The notes: generated by a model not told the origin, from the sequence alone. Counted from the first letter of the stretch, positions 49,551 to 64,000 are shown. The stretch is DNA of 64,000 nt from Octopus sinensis (GCF_006345805.1 NC_042998.1:173352001-173416000); one strand, 5' to 3'. Translations and numbers: made by a program.

Positions 49551-52500
49551 AAGTTGGCTTATTCGCAATTTACAACTGAAAGGCTGAAGTATGGATCTTT
49601 GATATAAGATTTTTGTAGATCGTAGTAAGGAAAGTTCTATCTGTTGCTTTTACAATCTCTTGTACATTTTGCCTCCTGTAAAACAGGTTTCCCACTTGAA
49701 TTTCTTAGATGGCATTCCTGGTACCATCTGTCGCCAATTAAAATTCTCTGTTGACTATAAACGTGACCCTTGAAACATTTCAAAATGACGTTTGAAATAT
49801 TTTTTATGTGCGGGCGTCATCACACAAATATTTTGAAATATTTTTGTGTTCGGAGACTTTTGCGCAACATTTTGGCTTTCTTTTACGTTACGATTTCGCA
49901 CAATTGATCAGATGTTGTTTGCATTACTTTGAAAATTCTAGCAAGTAGTGATCGCTTCGCTGCTGCCTCTGTTTCTCCTGCAGTTGACGCTACAGTCATT
50001 TCTATTTCATTTGTAGTAAGCTCTTGATAAAATCATTTTGAACTGCAGTCCAATTTATTGATTTTAAATAAGCATTGTTATTTTTCATAGGAATCTTCTT
50101 TGCAATTTAGCGAGGATAATTTCTTTGACTTCGGATATTTGTTTTTCCATTTTTTTATTGATTATTTTTTTCTGTCATGTTATATTTTATCTATATGGTA
50201 TTTGTCTCTCCTTCCATTTTCAGTTCTGTCATCTCGTTATTGAATTCATTGACGATTAACAGAGATATTTTCTATCATAGTCTGGATATTTCTTTTCTGT
50301 ATTTTTTTCCTTGGCTATTTCTGCTTAGTTGGATCTGACTGAGCACCAACTTCCGTTTATAATTACAGTGGATGTTGCATATATTATTTTATATAACTTG
50401 GCGGTATTTATGCTCTTGTTTCTTTTATTGGTATTTCTGAGGGTCATTTTTTTAATTCATAATATTGTTCACATTTTCTTGCTGAATTATATCCCTAAGA
50501 AATAATTTTCTTTCGTGTGCCTGAATAACTACCGTAATGAATTTCTTCTGGATCTTTGTATTGTAAGTTCAAATTGCGGTAGTCTCAACTTTGCTTTTCA
50601 CTCTTTCATAGGATCGATTAAAGATAATACCAATCAATACAGGAATCAATAGTATCGACTAACTGTCTGTCCATAAAAATGCTGGTCTATTGCCCAGATT
50701 AGGAAACAACTCTCTGTTGAATTCATTGAAGAATACTATTTCGTTCATTGAAATTCAATCAAATTAATTACCCAGACTTTTGTACCACATCATTGGCAGG
50801 TGTGTTCATAATATGTGTATTAGATTTTCCAATTTTTATAAACGAGATTTTAGGATTGTTTCGGAACACACGGTTATCCTTGGAGAAGTATGTCCTTTAA
50901 CCGAGACCCCCCCCCCACTCTTTTTACGTTGGTTTGGATCGTTTACTTGATTCTTTTCTTTCGATTTGTTCATATATTTCAATTACCATTTTTATGGTCG
51001 TATTTTCTGTTCAGCTTCTTTGCTTTTCTTACATTAGCATTTTCTTAACTCTCAAGTATTTGCAATTCTTTTTTGCCATGCCGACCTCTTCTGTATATAC
51101 TAAGTATTTCTCTTTACTTGAATATCAAACTGTGCAGAGGTTATTGAATCTGAACCATGGGCAGATTGTTGAGTAAAGTATGACTACTTCATTTTCATTC
51201 AAGCTGGATTCTATAACTGCATTTATCTAATTCTACTTTTTGTCTTAAGTGGTGAATCTTGGGAACTCATTGTGATCTCCATGTTCTGTTTGACCTTTAG
51301 CTACTCAAATGTAATCTTATCTTGAAGATTGTCAATTTCAGTTTCTATGTTTCCTCTTGCAGCCTAATGAATCTCATTAACATCAACGTCAGTTAGTATT
51401 TCTCCAAATATCTCAGATTGGGTCTTTCTCATACCAGATTTCACTTCCACAGTTCAGGGATACTTTGCATCGTTATATACATTCTCGTTTATATGACTAA
51501 TTTGTTACATATGCAAATCAGTTAATCGCTCTTTCTCTATGATATTCCTGTAAAAGTAGCTAATTTCTTGTTATCTATATTTGGACAACTGGTAGTGATT
51601 TTCTTGCCCCAGTGTAAGGATAACCATTATGTATTAGATCTATCTGATGAAAAGTACAATGCAGTATAACAGGCTTTTTGAACTTCCTTATATTCTTCCC
51701 TAGTCAATTCTATTCATGTTTGTGCTTTATCGGATGCGGCTGTTGTGTATGAGATCCATTAATAGGAGTCATCCTGTTAAACGCAGTTCATGTCTGTACT
51801 TTTGGAATCAAACCATTCACAAGCTTTTCAGCCTCTAATTGGTTTGAACTGTGAAGAATTTAGTCATTTTTTAAACCAGTTGACGACCGTTCCGATATGC
51901 ATCGTTTTTCTAGACATTTAGCCTATACTTCCATGTTGCCTTTATTGCCAAGAGGGTCGTTCTATTGGAATCCCAACACGTGAGATATTTGGAAGGCCGA
52001 TATCATATCCTGTTTCTCTGTAATCGTTAGCGCATAGGGCAAAATGCTTTGTGGCATTTCTTGTGGCAATTCACGTTATGAGTTCAAATCTCACCGATGT
52101 CGCATTTGTCATTCATCCTTTATGGTTTGGTAAAATAAAGTACTGGGGTCGATATAAACGACTAGCTACTCATCCAAATTTCAACCTTGACCCTATATTA
52201 AAACAATTATTAAATGATGCTGTTTCGTACGGTTGCACAGGTTTCTATCATCCTAACACATCGCCCAACTTGTTCTTGTGCTAGCAAGTTTTCTATGTTG
52301 TCCATTATTATATGTTCATGAGTACCAGTTTCTCAGAATTTGATTGCGAACAGCAATGTATAAAGACAACGGATACAAGAGGGAGAGACAACCGAATACA
52401 AAAGAGCTTGTTGTTCAGTAGAGTAGATTAACAAAGTCGACATACACTCAGAAGATGAAACAAGAGTAGCAGGAGCAATTGATGATTACTATAGGCGGCA

Positions 52501-52759
52501 CATTTAGTAGTAAATCCAAGCCATGGAGAAAATTTGGTTAACTGGTTTCATTTGGTGTTTCTACTTGTCTTCATGGATAGATAGCTAAAAAAAACATTAT
52601 GTTTCATTGTTATGTTTACAACATATTATATGCATTTTGCAGTAGTAAATATACTCTTGGAGGTGTTCAACAGTTTTCCGGTGAACTATTAATAAAATTG
52701 ACTAACTTGCCCGTGTTTCAATAGCTATTTCTATTTGTTATTACTGCTAGAAGAATGAT

Positions 52760-52845
52760 AAATACATACATACATACATACATACATACATACATACATA
52801 CATACATACATACATACATACATACATACATACATACATACATAC
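52760..52845. repeat. (TACA)n microsatellite
   Basis: Direct reading. Confidence 0.95.
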
Positions 52846-53439
52846 ACAAACCATTGTTGTGCCAATAGCGTTTAATGTCTGTATTTTGCAGTGGTATAAA
52901 TTATCTTCGAGATGTTTAACATTTCTCTGAGTTTGTGTAAGTTTCAGCTGGGCTTCACATCTTTTGTAGCTTTGTAGCTTATTTCAACTGTTCCTCCTCT
53001 GTAGTCGTTTTCACTTTTGATTAATGATCTGAAATTTGAATTCTTTTGATATTCTAAAAATCTTTTCAGTGAGACATGCAGCTTGAAGTCCTACAATCGT
53101 TTCTTCGTTGTGAAAGAGAAGATATGTTTGCGTATTCGAGTTACAAGAAATCATACACTCACAAAAAAATATAGATTTTGAATTATTGAGGCAATTTTAG
53201 TTAAGGCTATGTTTTAGTTAAGTAGCCTGTATAAGAGTGTTCGTATAAAGGAAGAAATCCCATTTTTACGGGCACTGATAGAAAGAAAATTGTAGACGTT
53301 AAAATTGTTAAGGATATTTTATTTTTTAAAGAAAATTTCAGCTGAGTTGTATTTGTATTTTTGTTTCTTTAGCTGCTAACTTGCTTGAGCTACGGAAATA
53401 CTAGTCACTAGAACTGCTTCTATATCTTCCCCATGGGAG

Positions 53440-54030
53440 GTACGCATTCCACTGTTAAGTTGATCTATCTGTTCCTAGCGCTGCCTAAAAGGTGAGTTCA
53501 CATACTATTGGAGTTAATGTACAGGGATCTGCTGAAGACGTGCCACCATGTTTTCCTTGATGATGCACAGGTATGGTCTCCATTTGTAAGACACGTTTTT
53601 CTACAGCTTATCTCTTTCACTGACCTGCAGTTCTGAGTTAAGAAAATATAATTGGATGGCAGGCACCTTGAATGTCGTCAGACGCGCACACTTTCCTTTA
53701 CAAGTGAGGTCTTGCGGTCGGTAGAAATTCTACGCGAGCAATATACAGAAACATCATAGGTGAGTAAATGCGATTACATTTCTCAGAGAAACTCTAGGCA
53801 TGGACAAGGACAAATTAACTGGTCCTCACTCGGAGGACACTGGTGCCGGATATTGCCATGGATAACTACTAGAAGTTCTTATCTAGATGGTACTACCAAC
53901 ACTTGTTTGAGATAAAATCTACAGGCAGAAAATGCTGCCAGGAGTCGCTACCTGAGATGCGCGCAGAGTGACGAAACCGTACTACGGGCACTCGATTAGC
54001 GTCCAGGTATTGTTGGCTTGTGAAATTATA
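53440..54030 (+). mobile_element. Second decayed L1/Tx1-clade ORF2 C-terminal fragment
   Basis: AAATCTACAGGCAG..CTGAGATGCGCGCAGAGTGACGAAACCGT is homologous to 23794-23860 (LYR..RCAQSDETV zinc-finger region). Confidence 0.65.
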
Positions 54031-54651
54031 TCAAATATCTGTTGGCTTCCGAATCCCTCTATTGGGGGGCCATTATAAGGTTCTCCCTACCTTCCACGTT
54101 TAACAAGGCAGAAAAGGTTGCATTCCTTTGTCTAATGGCTATAGTGAAATTGCTCAATAGGGTACAGGGCTTAAATTCCAATTCCAAAGGAAAGCGAATG
54201 TGGCGAAATAAGTTATACTTATCTCAATGAATTTGTCACAAAGGAGGAGAATGACAAAATGGTTAGTGTGTATGAACCTCCTCTAAGCGTGCATCTGTAG
54301 ATTGGAAGACAACTATTGAGCGACGACTTGTGCCACTGGGGATTTGCGTGATTCTTTGTCCGTACTTAAAGGTTCTTTTCTCTCAGGAGTGCGTTATAGA
54401 TGTGTTCACACATATATATTACGTGCACTTTTATTTGATTTTTCCCACTCCCTTTCTTCTTTTCATCTTTTATGTAAAACTTCAAATATATTGTCAACTG
54501 TCCTTGCAATGTCCCTTTCATTGATGCCCCAGGGGCAAATAAATCGAATAGATATTTTTATCCTCCCCTTTCCACAAAATATATTATTTTAAACCCCTTT
54601 CCCCAAGATTTCAGGCCTTGTGCCTAAATAGAAAGGATTATTACTATTATT

Positions 54652-54722
<71 letters not shown>

Positions 54723-54723
54723 G

Positions 54724-54826
54724 AGTGAGAGAGCAGTGCATGCCATCAAAGTGACACTGGGGTAAAATATACGAAGCCCAATATACCCATCATGACTACC
54801 CGTCTGATAAGGGTACACCAGGCACA
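54724..54826 (-). mobile_element. Short insert bounded by (TAA)n, probably a LINE 3' UTR stub
   Basis: About 100-bp GC-richer block with pure (TTA)n on both sides. Confidence 0.45.
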
Positions 54827-54858
54827 TTATTATTATTATTATCATTATTATTATTATT

Positions 54859-55270
54859 AAGGCACTGAGCTGTCAGAATCGTTAGCACGCCGGACAATAT
54901 GCTTAGCTACGTTCTGTGTTCTGTGTTCAAATTCCATCGAGGTCGACTTTGCCCTTCATCCTTTTGGGGTCGATGAATTAAGTACCAGTTAAACACTGGG
55001 GTCAATATGATCACCTTCCCACAAATTCCAGACCTTGTGCCTATTGTAGAAAGGATTATTTCAAGGCGGCGAGCTGGCAGAATCGTTAGCACAACGAACA
55101 AAATTATTATTGGTACTTCATTCAACTTTATGCTTTGAGATCAAATGACCGCGAGGACTACTTCGCCATTTGTCGTTTCGGAATCGATTAAATAAGTACT
55201 AGTTGAGCTCTAGGGTTGATGTTTCGACTACTCCACTCACTCCAAAATTGAAGGCCTTGTGCCTCCAGTT
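54859..55270 (+). mobile_element. Two tandem SINE units (13464-related)
   Basis: AAGGC..GAGCTG.CAGAATCGTTAGCAC heads at 54859 and about 55063. Confidence 0.75.
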
Positions 55271-55625
55271 CGAGTCAAGGACATCTACTCCCATTGCCAA
55301 TAACACCCCACCCCGGACATTTATTCCTGAGGACAACAGATGATAATTTAAAACTTCTTAATGTATTTGAGAGGAGGTAATTAACCAAGAGGGTTAATTA
55401 TCCTAAGGAATACTTGTTGTCAGGGTTATTGTCCTATGGGAGTAATCGTCCTGGTGGAGTAATTAATTGTCCTGATGCATCCAGTACAAAGTATTAGTCA
55501 ACCGGCAAGCTGTCAGAATCTTAGGCAATCAGGCAAAATGCTTAGTGATTTCTTTTGGGTTTTTATGTTCTGAGTTTAAATGCCGCCAAAGTCGATTTTG
55601 CTTTTTGTCATTTCGAGGTCAAGTA

Positions 55626-56198
55626 TTGGGTTGTCCGGAAAGCTCGTGTCGATTTACAGCAGCTAACCTTTCGACTTATTTTAGAACATGGTTGAGTCCA
55701 TAAAATAGGATTTGACTACACCTCCATTTAGAATACAGTTTAAGCTATCTTTTCATAGTTGAAGTTTTATGTTCCTATAAACTGTGTTAACTTTGTAACT
55801 CTTTAAAATGGAAGATAAGAACGTTCATTTTCAGCACTTGATGCTTTGGGAACAAGACAAAAATTGCTGCAGCTCGGCTGGGATGTATTACCCCACCCTC
55901 CATATTCACCAGATATTGCTCCTTTGGATTTCCCCTTATTCAGGTCTCTGCAGAATAGTCTTAATGGTAAAAATTTCAATTCCTTGGATGACGTTAACAG
56001 ATACATTGATGAATTCTTTGACATGGAACCACCTCAATTCTGGGAAGAGGGTATTCTGGGAAGAAGGTTAAAGGAAAGATGGAGACGCATTGCGCAACAA
56101 AATGGTTCATATTTGCTTGATTAAAAATGTAATGGCAAGTATTTATTGACCTTTTTTCTTTCCGTTAAAAATCGGCATGAACTTTCCGGACAACCCAA
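55626..56198 (+). mobile_element. Internally deleted mariner (DD34D-type) element
   Basis: TA|TTGGGTTGTCCGGAAAG..CTTTCCGGACAACCCAA|TA, 30-bp TIRs with 3 mismatches. N-terminal MEDKNVHF is fused to LGWDVLPHPPYSPDIAPLDFPLFRSLQN. Confidence 0.92.
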
Positions 56199-59100
56199 TA
56201 CTATGATCGATGTAAAAGACAAGTTTCCCGCCCACTAAAATTGTTTGCTCTGTATCCAAATTTGAAAAAAAAAAAGCTATTATTATTATGGTTATACCTA
56301 CGTCTGGATATTCTTTGCAGAAAGTTAATATGCCAGGAGATGAATAGATTTCACAAAAATGTATTGACTTTATTTTATCTAAGAGTAAATTATTACCTTT
56401 TCTACAAAATTATTTCAAAAATTAAATCATTGTACTATAAATTAATTACTATAAATCTTATACTATAATAATTATATGCGAAACAAATCTTACTTTATTT
56501 TGCCTAGGCATTAAAAACAATAACTATCAATTTCTACAAATCAAATCAAAAAGTGACTCGGTGCAAAATTAAACACCATTCTGCAGTCGAAGTATTCTCT
56601 AACACGGTTATTAGGTTTCGCACCTCACATCAAGATGTATATGTAAACTTGATTACAATCATCCTAGACGTTCACACTGAAAGTGTGAAAAGCGGATATA
56701 AACTTGGCCTCGTTCAAGATTTCAACGCAAATAAAAAAAAATGCAATACCACTCCTATGTTTATTCTACTATTCTAATATACCGCTCTTCAAACCCGAAA
56801 TTTTTTTTGATTTTTGCAATGTCTATTAAAGTACATACAGTTTATTTCTCCCAATATAAAGTTTATTTTCCAACATTTGTTCTGTAATGATAAAAACGTT
56901 ACTTTTCATTTAAAATTGAGTGGTTGTCATATATGTCCCACATGCTGCAATCATTCAAAGTACACACAACGATACTATCAGCCCTTGGGCAAAACACTCT
57001 CCGCATAATAGTAAAGCTCTTCAATAAAAATACTTTTTATAGTGTTGCCATTAATTCAGAATTGTGTTTATACACTTATTGCTGAATCTGACACTACTCT
57101 TGGGAAATGATGTTGTATATTTGAGCTATCATGGTTACTAAGCTGTTGAGAAACATTGTTCTCATATTTTTTTTCTGTAGACGTGTTTAAGTGCAGAATA
57201 ACAACTTTAAAAACGTACTGGTTAATTTGCTGAGCTGCTGCTGTTTACATTTGTCAACAATTCAGACTTTTTTGTACACGCAGCAAAATGAAATTCGCCG
57301 TCGATAGTTCTTGAGGCAATAGAGCACACGGAAGATCAAACTTCTAATGGCCTTAGCTGCTTGATATAGAGTTTATAAATGAAAATCCCTGAAGTTATGT
57401 CCAATCGAGAAAAACTTCTCTCTTTTATGATGAAAGTATGTTCAACACATTTGAATCATAGGCGCAGACGATTCTAGGACACCGGTGTTTCAGCAAGTTG
57501 TGCCTCATCCGTCAGAAGTACTCCTGGCCTTTGAGTCTATCCAAGTAGCTGGCCTTTGTTATACTTTCAGCGAACAAATTGTCTGCCAACAAATATAAAA
57601 TAGTTGGTGGTACCATGTACAGCGAAATCTGGAACAAATATTTGCGTATGTATTTGCAATTGGCTAAGCAATTCCAAGCGCAAAATACGCTAGTCGCTGA
57701 AGTAGACGTCAGAATCTTCTGCACCAACGAGTCGAATGTGTTGATCACATTTTCGTCATAAAAAGAAAAGTTTTCCTTTGACGGACGCTAGCGGTATTAC
57801 GAATGCATATGCAAATTAAGCGCGATTATTTCACTATTGATCTCCTGCTTACTCAGCTCGGTAGATTAGGCTCAAATATAGTTTTAGCATGATATGTTAG
57901 CTTTTATCAGTTCTTATTGTAACCAAAACTGATAAAAAGTGGTTTGCCAAGAATCAATGATTTGTCAGTGGAATTAATTCAGGGGAATTAACAAAAGCAT
58001 ACCGGAATAACTTATGATATTTTTGTCACACCGTATAAAGCTTACTACAATGGATGGCATATGACAAACAATAAAATGATTCGAAACAGAAGCATTAGAT
58101 AATTAGAATATTAGCTTTCAATTCTAAGTAGTGAGGAAGCGATGCATGACGTTTAATTGTTAAATATAGGCTTTTCTAACTAGATATAGAAGTGGATTTT
58201 GTTATTGATAGAATATAAAGACGGTGAGCTAGCAGAATCGTTTGCACGCCGGGCAAAATGCTTCGAGGCATTTCGATGGAGAACTGCTGGCTCGGTGCCA
58301 AAAATTTAACTTTACCTTTTTCTTTCTGATTTACATCTCGCGCATTCATAGCGTAACTTTAATAATTTTCGTGTCGATAAAATAGGAACTAGGTAAGTAT
58401 CGTCTGGAGTACATGAATAAAACCCTTGCTCAAAAATATTTGGTTGTTAACCTAATTAGTAAAAATCATAAGATATAACACATATCTCATAAATCTAATC
58501 TATTTTCATGTTCTCCTGTTACAGTTACTACTGTTTGTACTACCTCAGTTACTGTTACCTTCTGTATAAACATTGAAACTAACAGCCGGCCATGCGAAGA
58601 AAACTTAGACTGTTGAGAAGACATTATTCAGTTTTCTCGTGTTACCAGAACTATCTTGGTCTTTGTTAATATGTTTAACTTATTACTATCTGAATCTAGT
58701 CTGTTGCATATAAAATGTGGTGGGGGTTAGTTCTAATCATTTCTACCTCAGAGGTAATTACAGAAGGGTTAAATTAGACAATTAAGCAAATATTAGGAAT
58801 CATCTAACATTATTCCACTGTCAAGTAAGCAAGGCAGACAACTCCCAATGTCTCTGATATATAGGTCCTCGTCAGCGGAAGTATAGCCTTTGAAATTAAT
58901 AGCATTTGCTGTAAATATATCATGCAGCATTGTGTACGTTTGTAAACAATGTACATTTCATATTTCAATAATTCACAGTACTGAATGAAAATTTTCACAT
59001 CGATCTCACCTGGAAAATGATGAGTAATGGCTGACTGTCTTACTCTCGAAACACTAGCAACCTGCTCATGTGACCTATAGTCTGACTCATGATTCTTACT

Positions 59101-59251
59101 TATATCAGTTATATTTTCATGAACACAAATTAGGGATTATATGTGAGATTTACGTTTTTTTTTCATATTTTTTAGTGTTACTCTTACCTGTAGTTTTAAC
59201 TGATTTTGTAGATACACGAAAGTATATTCCACAGTGTTGTATTGTGTTAAA

Positions 59252-59460
59252 AAGACGGCATGGTGGCAGAATCTTTCGCACGCCGGCCAAAATGCTTAGC
59301 CGCATTTCGTCCATCTATATGTTCTGAGCTCAATTTCTACTGAGCTCACCTTGCCTTTCATCCTTTATGGGGTCGATAAAATAAGTACCAGTCGATCATT
59401 GGAGTCGATATAATTGGAGTCGATATACCCCGAAGTTGCTTGCCTTGTGATAAAACCATT
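59252..59460 (+). mobile_element. SINE (13464 family), decayed
   Basis: GCACGCCGGCCAAAATGCTTAGC..GCCTTTCATCCTTT..AATAAGTACCAG. Confidence 0.7.
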
Positions 59461-60549
59461 ATTAGAATTATTAAAGACTTTCCACCTAAATGGTATGAAA
59501 TAATATGCCTTGATTATATGAAAGCTTTTATTTTTGCTATTAGAGATGTTCACTTGGGATGGATTTCGTGGTGTAAGTGAAATAAAGTTATTTTCAATAA
59601 AAACTGAACGGGGGATGAGATGTAAAGTATTGCAGATTATCTTTATTATTTCTCGTTAGATAATAGAATTATATTTTGCATGGTAACTATGTCATAAATT
59701 CGTATGAGATATGTTGTCGTCTAGAGATATCAGACAGGAATGAACACAAATAATTGGAAAACTTTCACTTACAGCACATGATTAAATTGCGAAAACTTTG
59801 TTGGATTCTTCTAAAGAAGTTGTTGGTGTATCGAAACGTATCATTAATGAGGGGAAAAGAAAGAACAGTAACGTATAAAAGAAAGCTTCACCGTCACAAA
59901 TATTGAGTTCTGGCCAGGTGAAAATTACAAATGTCTAGTACCGACTCATTCATAATATAATCTTCGATTTTTAAAATCTGAAAGAGGAAAAGTGAAACTG
60001 GACACAAGGAAATTGAAACTTTTGCTTCAGATAGCTGTGGATAAATACATGCAACAACTCTATATATTCAACAGGTGAATCCTGATTATTTTGAAAGGTA
60101 TTATAAAAACTTATGGTTTCTTACGACAACACAAAACTACGATTTGTGTTGGTGATAATGGTGTATAGATAAATAGACAGTAACCATAAGGAATAGTGGT
60201 ATTAATTACAAAGAGATGACAGGTAAAGTTGATCCGCTGGGATTTTGATATATTCCATGCGACATTGATTCAATTCTGCTATCCACTGCTTTCTAAATGT
60301 AATGATGATGGTGGTGATGCGGTGGTGGAGGTGGTGGAGGTGGTGATGGTGGTGATGACGACGACGACGACGACGATGATGGTGATGATGATGACGACGA
60401 CGACGATGATGATGATATAAAATATCTTGTATAGAAACGATGATGATGAATGCAAAATAACTATCAAACCTGATTATAACTTAGAACTGTTTTCTGCCTC
60501 CAAGGATGCCATGAAATACAGAGCAGGCACTGCAACAATACGTAGCTAT

Positions 60550-61350
60550 GGAGAAAATATAAACAACAACAGAAATCGCGAAGCAATTATAATCTAAACT
60601 AAAATTAGGACAACGAATACCACAATAACACGATGATATGACAAGTTCCTATGGGCGAAATACTAAGAAATGCTGAACAAAGAAGAATCCCAACTCTAGC
60701 TGAGAAGTGCCAGAGTCCAGTAAGAAACTGAAAGGTTCTTTATGCGGTACCGGACTAAAACTTACACACTAGAAATCAACAAAAGCATATAATGAAACTG
60801 AATACAATTACTGCTGAATATGCTAAAATGGGGAAAAAACAATTAACCACATTATTTCAGGCTGACCATCTAGCCAAGAGGGAATGCATCAACATGCATG
60901 CGAGACTTACAAAACCTCTGGAGAGTATGTCAGCACAAGGAAATACAAACAAGAAAGAGATGACATAAGCATGCACCAGAAAATGTTTGTGGATATAACA
61001 AATAGTCCATACGCTGAGATATGCCAATACACACAGACAATGAACACTAACCGACCAGATATTGTTATCAAGGACATCCTGGAAAGAAATGTCCCCAGAC
61101 CGATATATCAGTCCTAACAGATAATGTACCTCAAAAAGAGATGGAACAATTATTCAAATGTAAAAATCTGGATAAGCGATAAACCGAATAGGAGGTTTGA
61201 ACATAGAAAAATTTTTATAATTCTACATATTCGCTACCAGAGCCTATAACAAACAATAACAAATTCAACATTTTAAACTCATATATTCACAGTACAAGCT
61301 TATACACGATGTAAAAAATGTTCATGGTACATATTCTAAATACCCTGTAG
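60550..61350 (+). mobile_element. Decayed R4/Dong-type LINE relic
   Basis: ETE..LHTRNQ trace and TNRPDIVIKD; lies downstream of a (GAT/GAC/GGT)n microsatellite at 60300-60445. Confidence 0.6.
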
Positions 61351-61767
61351 GTTAAGTCCCAACATTTATGAAAATACACAACTTCTTGAAAAATAAATAG
61401 TCTACTAGCCTGTCTTGATCAAAACTTCTTATTGGTTTTAATTTCATTTTCAGTTCTCACAAATTCGGATAATTACTCTGTTTATAATTATTGTTCTATC
61501 ATTACATTAGTAATATCTTTAACGTCATTTGTGTGTATTTTACATCACCATCAACAATATTATACATACGTACATATGTGGGTATGTATGTATATATACA
61601 TACACGGAAAAAAAACAGAGAAATGTTACACGAATACAAATGCAAATAACAGGACATAACAACAGGTGCCTTTCGGCTAAGTACGAATTAAATTAAGTTG
61701 GCGTATGTGGAAGCCTTACGGCAGAGTATCTCTCCCTCCTCTCTCTCTCTATATATATATATAAATA

Positions 61768-61857
<90 letters not shown>

Positions 61858-61894
61858 TCGGGGTAATAAAGATTTTAGAAATTTTCACTACCAG

Positions 61895-62144
61895 TGGCCT
61901 AGCGTATAGAAAAGCTGGTCAATAGATTATATATTATTCATATAAAATAGCGTGTACATTTAAATACGTTAAGAGGTTTCCATCATAGGAATCCTTTACG
62001 CAAGAAAGAACAGCTAAAGTCAAAACCACTAATTAGAGAATTCCCTTCGAGAATTTCTCCCTAATTAGTGGTTTGGACTTTAGCTGTTCTTTCTAGCGTA
62101 AAGGATTCCTATGATGGAAACCTCTTAATGTGTTTAAATGTACA

Positions 62145-62147
<3 letters not shown>
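61895..62147. repeat. Fold-back (arms of about 93 bp) related to the 28417-29053 family
   Basis: Arms 61952-62043 / 62051-62146; upstream CCAGTGGCCTAGC..TATTCATAT..AAAATAG matches 28867-28923; abuts (TA)n. Confidence 0.75.
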
Positions 62148-62184
<37 letters not shown>

Positions 62185-62196
62185 TATATATATATA

Positions 62197-62390
62197 AGTT
62201 AATCCAAACATGAAAACACAACAACGCGAGGACGTGGAACAAGTATAGTATTATTGGACGCTCAGGAAAGAAGGAAAGAAGGAGGTTTTAACTTTTCGAG
62301 CGGAACTCTTCGTCAGAAACATAGGAAAAGGAAAGATACAAAGAGTGGAAGACGGAGGGGAAAATCGCCAAAGGTACACACGCAGTCACG
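62197..62390 (-). mobile_element. Penelope-type terminal repeat with minimal hammerhead-like motif (62285-62320)
   Basis: GTTT-CTGACGA-A-GAGT TCC GCTC-GAAA-AG-TT-AAAAC; 3' end in (TA)n. Confidence 0.6.
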
Positions 62391-62483
62391 TTTTGAATAT
62401 ATGTATATATATATATATAAAGAGAGTGAGAGAGAGATTTTGAATGTATGTATATTTAGGTATGTAACATAACATTTTTGGGT

Positions 62484-62845
62484 TCTTTTCCCTTGTTTCA
62501 GCCATTAGACTCCCACCGTTTTGGAAAACCACCTGAAAGAATTTTAGTCGAACGAATCAATTTCAGTACATTTTTTTTTCTTTAAACCAGGTGCTTATTC
62601 TATTGATTTCTTTTGGCGTACTGCTTGCTTACGTCAACCTAAACACACCAAAGCCTGCGTGAAGTTGTTGACAAACACAGACACTATTATACTCACGTGA
62701 ATACAAATATATGTACACGCCGGACTTCTTTTAGTTTCTTCATACCCAATCCACTTGCACGCCTTTGGTAGGCTCTGAGCTGTTGTAGAAGAGACTTGCT
62801 CAAGTTGCCAAACCGCGGAACTGGACCCGGAACCATGTGGTAGGG
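62484..62845 (-). mobile_element. SINE (30205 family), decayed
   Basis: CCACATGGTTCCGGGTCCAGT head and GAAACAAG tail on the minus strand. Confidence 0.65.
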
Positions 62846-63033
62846 AATATTGTACACAAATGTATGTAAATATTTACATTTATGCATCTGTATGCGTTTG
62901 TTTGTGTGTGTTTGTGTGTGTGAGCGCGCTTACAGCCTTATGTGTAAAAATAGGCATTACTTATAATTGTTATCATCAAAATATATCATCAAAGTTATTT
63001 TCATCACTATCATTTATATTACTTTATCATGTA

Positions 63034-63421
63034 CTAGTAGTATCGCCCGGCGTTGCTCGGGTTTGTAAGGGAAATAACTATAAAGCATTTTTAGAGAGTT
63101 ATAGCCAAAAAATAGCCAAAAAATGCATTAAAAATGGAAAAAATATGATTGTAATTTTTTTTTAAATCGTTGACTCATCGTAGACATTTTTAGAGAGTTA
63201 CTTCCCTTTAAAAAAATATGCATTAAAATGGAAAAAATGATGGTAAATTATTTTTAAAATCGTAGACTCATCGTAGACGCACGCTTACACCAAGAAGGGC
63301 TCGATATGAATCACGACTATAAGATACTCGGTTTTGGTTAAACTGCACCGCAAAATGTGGGAGTAGTTAGGAATCTAAATCGGAGTAGACAGACACACAA
63401 CCTTACTTTTATATATAAAGA
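63034..63421 (-). mobile_element. Non-autonomous Helitron
   Basis: A|TCTTTATATATAAAAG 5' end, CCCGAGCAACGCCGGG hairpin, CTAG|T 3' end; internal duplication of about 100 bp. Confidence 0.88.
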
Positions 63422-63868
63422 TTACTTTTCAGTTTTCATTTACTCTATAAAATGATTTTGTTTCAATAATCAGTTACAATTAAAACTTCAATTCTTGAAT
63501 TTAGAATTGTCTTTTGATTGTATAAATATCATTATATCTTTTTCATAAAGCGCACGCAATCACACAAACACACACATACACATACACACACACACATGCA
63601 CACACACATATATGTACATGATGTATATGCAAGCTTGTATAGTTATATGATTTCCCCATGGAGCATTGTGATGTAAAAGAAAATGGAACTTTCTTTATTA
63701 TAGCATGACCTCTGAATTAGGGAAATTCTGCAGACGTGTTGGCTAGACGTTGTGACACTGAAGAGCGAACAGATAGAAATATATTTTCGATTTCTCTAAT
63801 AAGGTTTCACACAATGAGATGGAGGATATCTATATCTATATTTATATCAATATGTACACACACACACA

Positions 63869-63947
<79 letters not shown>

Positions 63948-64000
63948 TCTTTACTCTTTTACTTGTTTCAGTTATTTGACTGCGGCCATGCTGGAGCACC

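Noticed and set aside
57380-57761. Possible exons or ORFs on both strands (MKIPEVMSNREKLLSFMMK; ..YMVPPTILYLLADNL..)
   Set aside because: No recognisable family motif and no consistent exon chain.

Overview
AT-rich eukaryotic DNA saturated with microsatellites and transposon relics. The SINE and LINE families look like those of octopus/cephalopod genomes (inference from pattern recognition, not a database search). No prokaryotic genes, operons, CRISPR array, rRNA or tRNA genes were found. Most short ORFs in the track are microsatellite artefacts. Recognisable elements are an RTE-clade LINE 3' half with an open RT frame, R4/Dong-type restriction-like-endonuclease LINE relics in (TAA)n, L1/Tx1 and CR1 relics, a Penelope GIY-YIG fragment, deleted Tc1/mariner elements, non-autonomous Helitrons and many tRNA-type SINEs. 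Six small phase-compatible exons suggest a + strand host gene that I could not identify. The main discovery candidate is a set of at least three sequence-unrelated, non-coding elements inserted in (TA)n, with monomers of about 601, 350 and 490 nt. Each carries a type I hammerhead ribozyme whose helix III is a palindrome (ACGUACGU, ACUCGAGU, ACCAUGGU). They occur as tandem or fold-back arrays, which points to a retrozyme-like or non-autonomous Penelope-like circular-RNA retroelement system. All folding and coordinates were done by eye.
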